A stretch of DNA of 63,962 nucleotides, filler included, from Folioceros fuciformis (taxonomy: Eukaryota): NCBI GenBank assembly GCA_049999805.1. It is 36 parts of 36 records of this genome, joined end to end, with 100 filler letters (N's around TTAATTAATTAA, not from the genome) between each part and the next. Parts side by side here need not be neighbours in the genome. Positions count along the whole stretch, not along the records: positions 60,730 to 62,633 come from JBNGIO010007173.1; positions 62,734 to 63,962 come from JBNGIO010007174.1; 34 more parts are not named here. The stretch is one strand, 5' to 3'. A program made the position numbers and the translations under genes. Below are positions 62,461 through 63,962 of the stretch, piece after piece. The notes below the pieces were generated by a model. That model made no database searches. It had not been told where the DNA came from and was given only the letters and a program-made list of their open reading frames with translations. How positions within the stretch are numbered: position 1 is the first letter of the stretch; every line of letters begins with the position of its first letter.

Positions 62461-62733
62461 CCTAAAACCTAAACCCTCGGCCATGGAAGACTGACCCTGG
62501 GGTGCTGGAATAGGCCTCGAACTAGGAGGAGAAGAAAGCAGGTGAAATAGAGTTGAATTGGAATTTCTGGAATTAAATCCAGAAAAATAGGGGTGAAAAT
62601 AGAAAAGGAGAAATTAGGAAAATAAAAAGAAAANNNNNNNNNNNNNNNNNNNNNNNNNNNNNNNNNNNNNNNNNNNNTTAATTAATTAANNNNNNNNNNN
62701 NNNNNNNNNNNNNNNNNNNNNNNNNNNNNNNNN

Positions 62734-63630
62734 TTGCTGCATTTAGTGCTTAGCCACCCTTCTCTCCTTCTCACACCTCATGTTGCTGCATTTAGTGCTT
62801 AGCCACCCTTCTCTCCTTCTCACACCTCACATTGCATTTAGTGCTTAGCCACCCTTTTCTCCTTCTCACACCTCATGTTGCTGCATTTAGTGCTTAGCCA
62901 CCCTTCTCTCCTTCTCACACCTCATGTTGCTGCATTTAGTGCTTAGCCACCCTTCTCTCCTTCTCACACCTCACATTGTGTTTAGTGCTTAACCACCCTT
63001 GCCTCCTTCTCTTCTCACATTGCATTTAGTGCGTAGCCACCCTTGCCTCCTTCTCTTCTCACATTGCATTTAGTGCTTAGCCACCCTTGCCTCCTTCTCT
63101 TCTCACATTGCGTTTAGTGCTTAGCCACCCTTACCTCCTTCTCTTCTCACATTGCGTTTAGTGCTTAGCCACCCTTGCCTCCTTCTTCTCTTCTCATTTC
63201 AGCATCGTGTTCTCATACATTCTTCATCGTGTTCTCACACATTCTTCATCATCATGTTCACACACACTTCCAGACATTGCATTTAGTGCATAGACACCCT
63301 TCTCTCCTTCTCTTCTCAGGTCACTCACACATTCTTCAGGACATTCACACATTCATCATCATGTTCACACTCATTTCCAGACTTAGAACTCCCTTGCCTC
63401 CTTCTCTTCTCATTTCAGCATCGTGTTCTCACACATCATCATGTTCACACACACTTCCAGACATTGCGTTTAGTGCATAGACACCCTTCTCTCCTTCTCA
63501 CTCACACATTCTTCAGGTCATAGACACCCTTCTCTCCTTCTCACTCACACATTCTTCAGGTCACTCGTACATTCTTCAGGACATTCACACATTCATCATC
63601 ATGTTCACACACATTTCCAGACTTAGAACT
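62734..63630 (+). repeat. 45-48-bp minisatellite (GCATTTAGTGCTTAGCCACCCTTCTCTCCTTCTCACACCTCATGTTGCT, about 10 copies) grading into a degenerate CACATTCTTCA array
   Basis: Seen directly. Confidence 0.92.
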
Positions 63631-63774
63631 TCGGTACACACCCAATAATTCAAAGATTCAAAGAATAAGAGAATGGAAAAGCTTCTGGACGTCGCAGTAG
63701 GCCTTATGAGCAAGCTCAAAAATCCTTCAACTCTTCTTCCGTTGTCAAGAAAAAAATTGCTTGCATCACTCCTC

Positions 63775-63962
63775 TCACCACTAACCACGGAGCAAGCTCT
63801 CGACCACCCCCACCGAACTCACCACTAGCCACGGAGCAAGCTCTCAACCACCCCCCCCAACGAACTCACCACTAGCCACGGAGCCCCCAACGAACTCACC
63901 ACTAGCCACGGAGCAAGCTCTCGACCACCCCCCTACGAACTCACCACTAGCCACGGAGCAAG
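63775..63962 (+). repeat. ~42-bp tandem repeat (GAACTCACCACTAGCCACGGAGCAAGCTCTCGACCACCCCC)
   Basis: About 5 copies seen directly, one of them shortened. Confidence 0.9.

Larger units (their letters stand above)
60769..62633. repeat. ~155-bp inverted repeats (60769-60925 and 62479-62633) enclosing TE fragments
   Basis: ...CCCCTATTTTTCTGGATTTAATTCCAGAAATTCCAA...CAGTCTTCCATGGCC is reverse-complemented at 62479-62633 with scattered mismatches. Confidence 0.9.

Noticed and set aside
1989-62733. Regularly recurring TTAATTAATTAA motif as a biological repeat, and any gene cluster spanning it
   Set aside because: It always sits in the centre of an N-run; it is a contig-concatenation linker, so cross-spacer neighbourhoods are artificial.
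62734-63190. Possible CRISPR array
   Set aside because: Head-to-tail tandem units with no unique spacers.

Overview
Eukaryotic land-plant DNA, probably a non-seed plant (inferred from gene content, short GT-AG introns and GC-rich coding sequence). The window is not one locus. It is 36 short unplaced contigs joined by 35 identical 100-bp artificial spacers (N44-TTAATTAATTAA-N44), so adjacency across spacers carries no biological meaning. Recognisable host genes: a near-complete type-B cytokinin response regulator, partial PHT4;6, MET1 (PDZ/TPR), CYCD, a rearranged V-ATPase subunit a, a DUF4220/DUF594 protein, two Gnk2/DUF26 proteins, a PLATZ gene, an ApoD-like lipocalin exon and an LRR fragment. 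The rest is largely Ty1/copia and non-LTR retroelement debris, a recurring LTR family, a recurring TE accessory ORF and tandem repeats. The strongest candidate for undescribed biology is a pair of paralogous genes (26022-28065 and 45850-47425) of an uncharacterised plant family. By eye, their C-terminal all-beta domain follows the motif order of alpha-hemolysin/leukocidin beta-pore-forming toxins. A matching KEG-repeat tail at 48172-48215 suggests the two contigs abut, which would make the genes a convergent pair. All family assignments come from recalled motifs; no database search was run.
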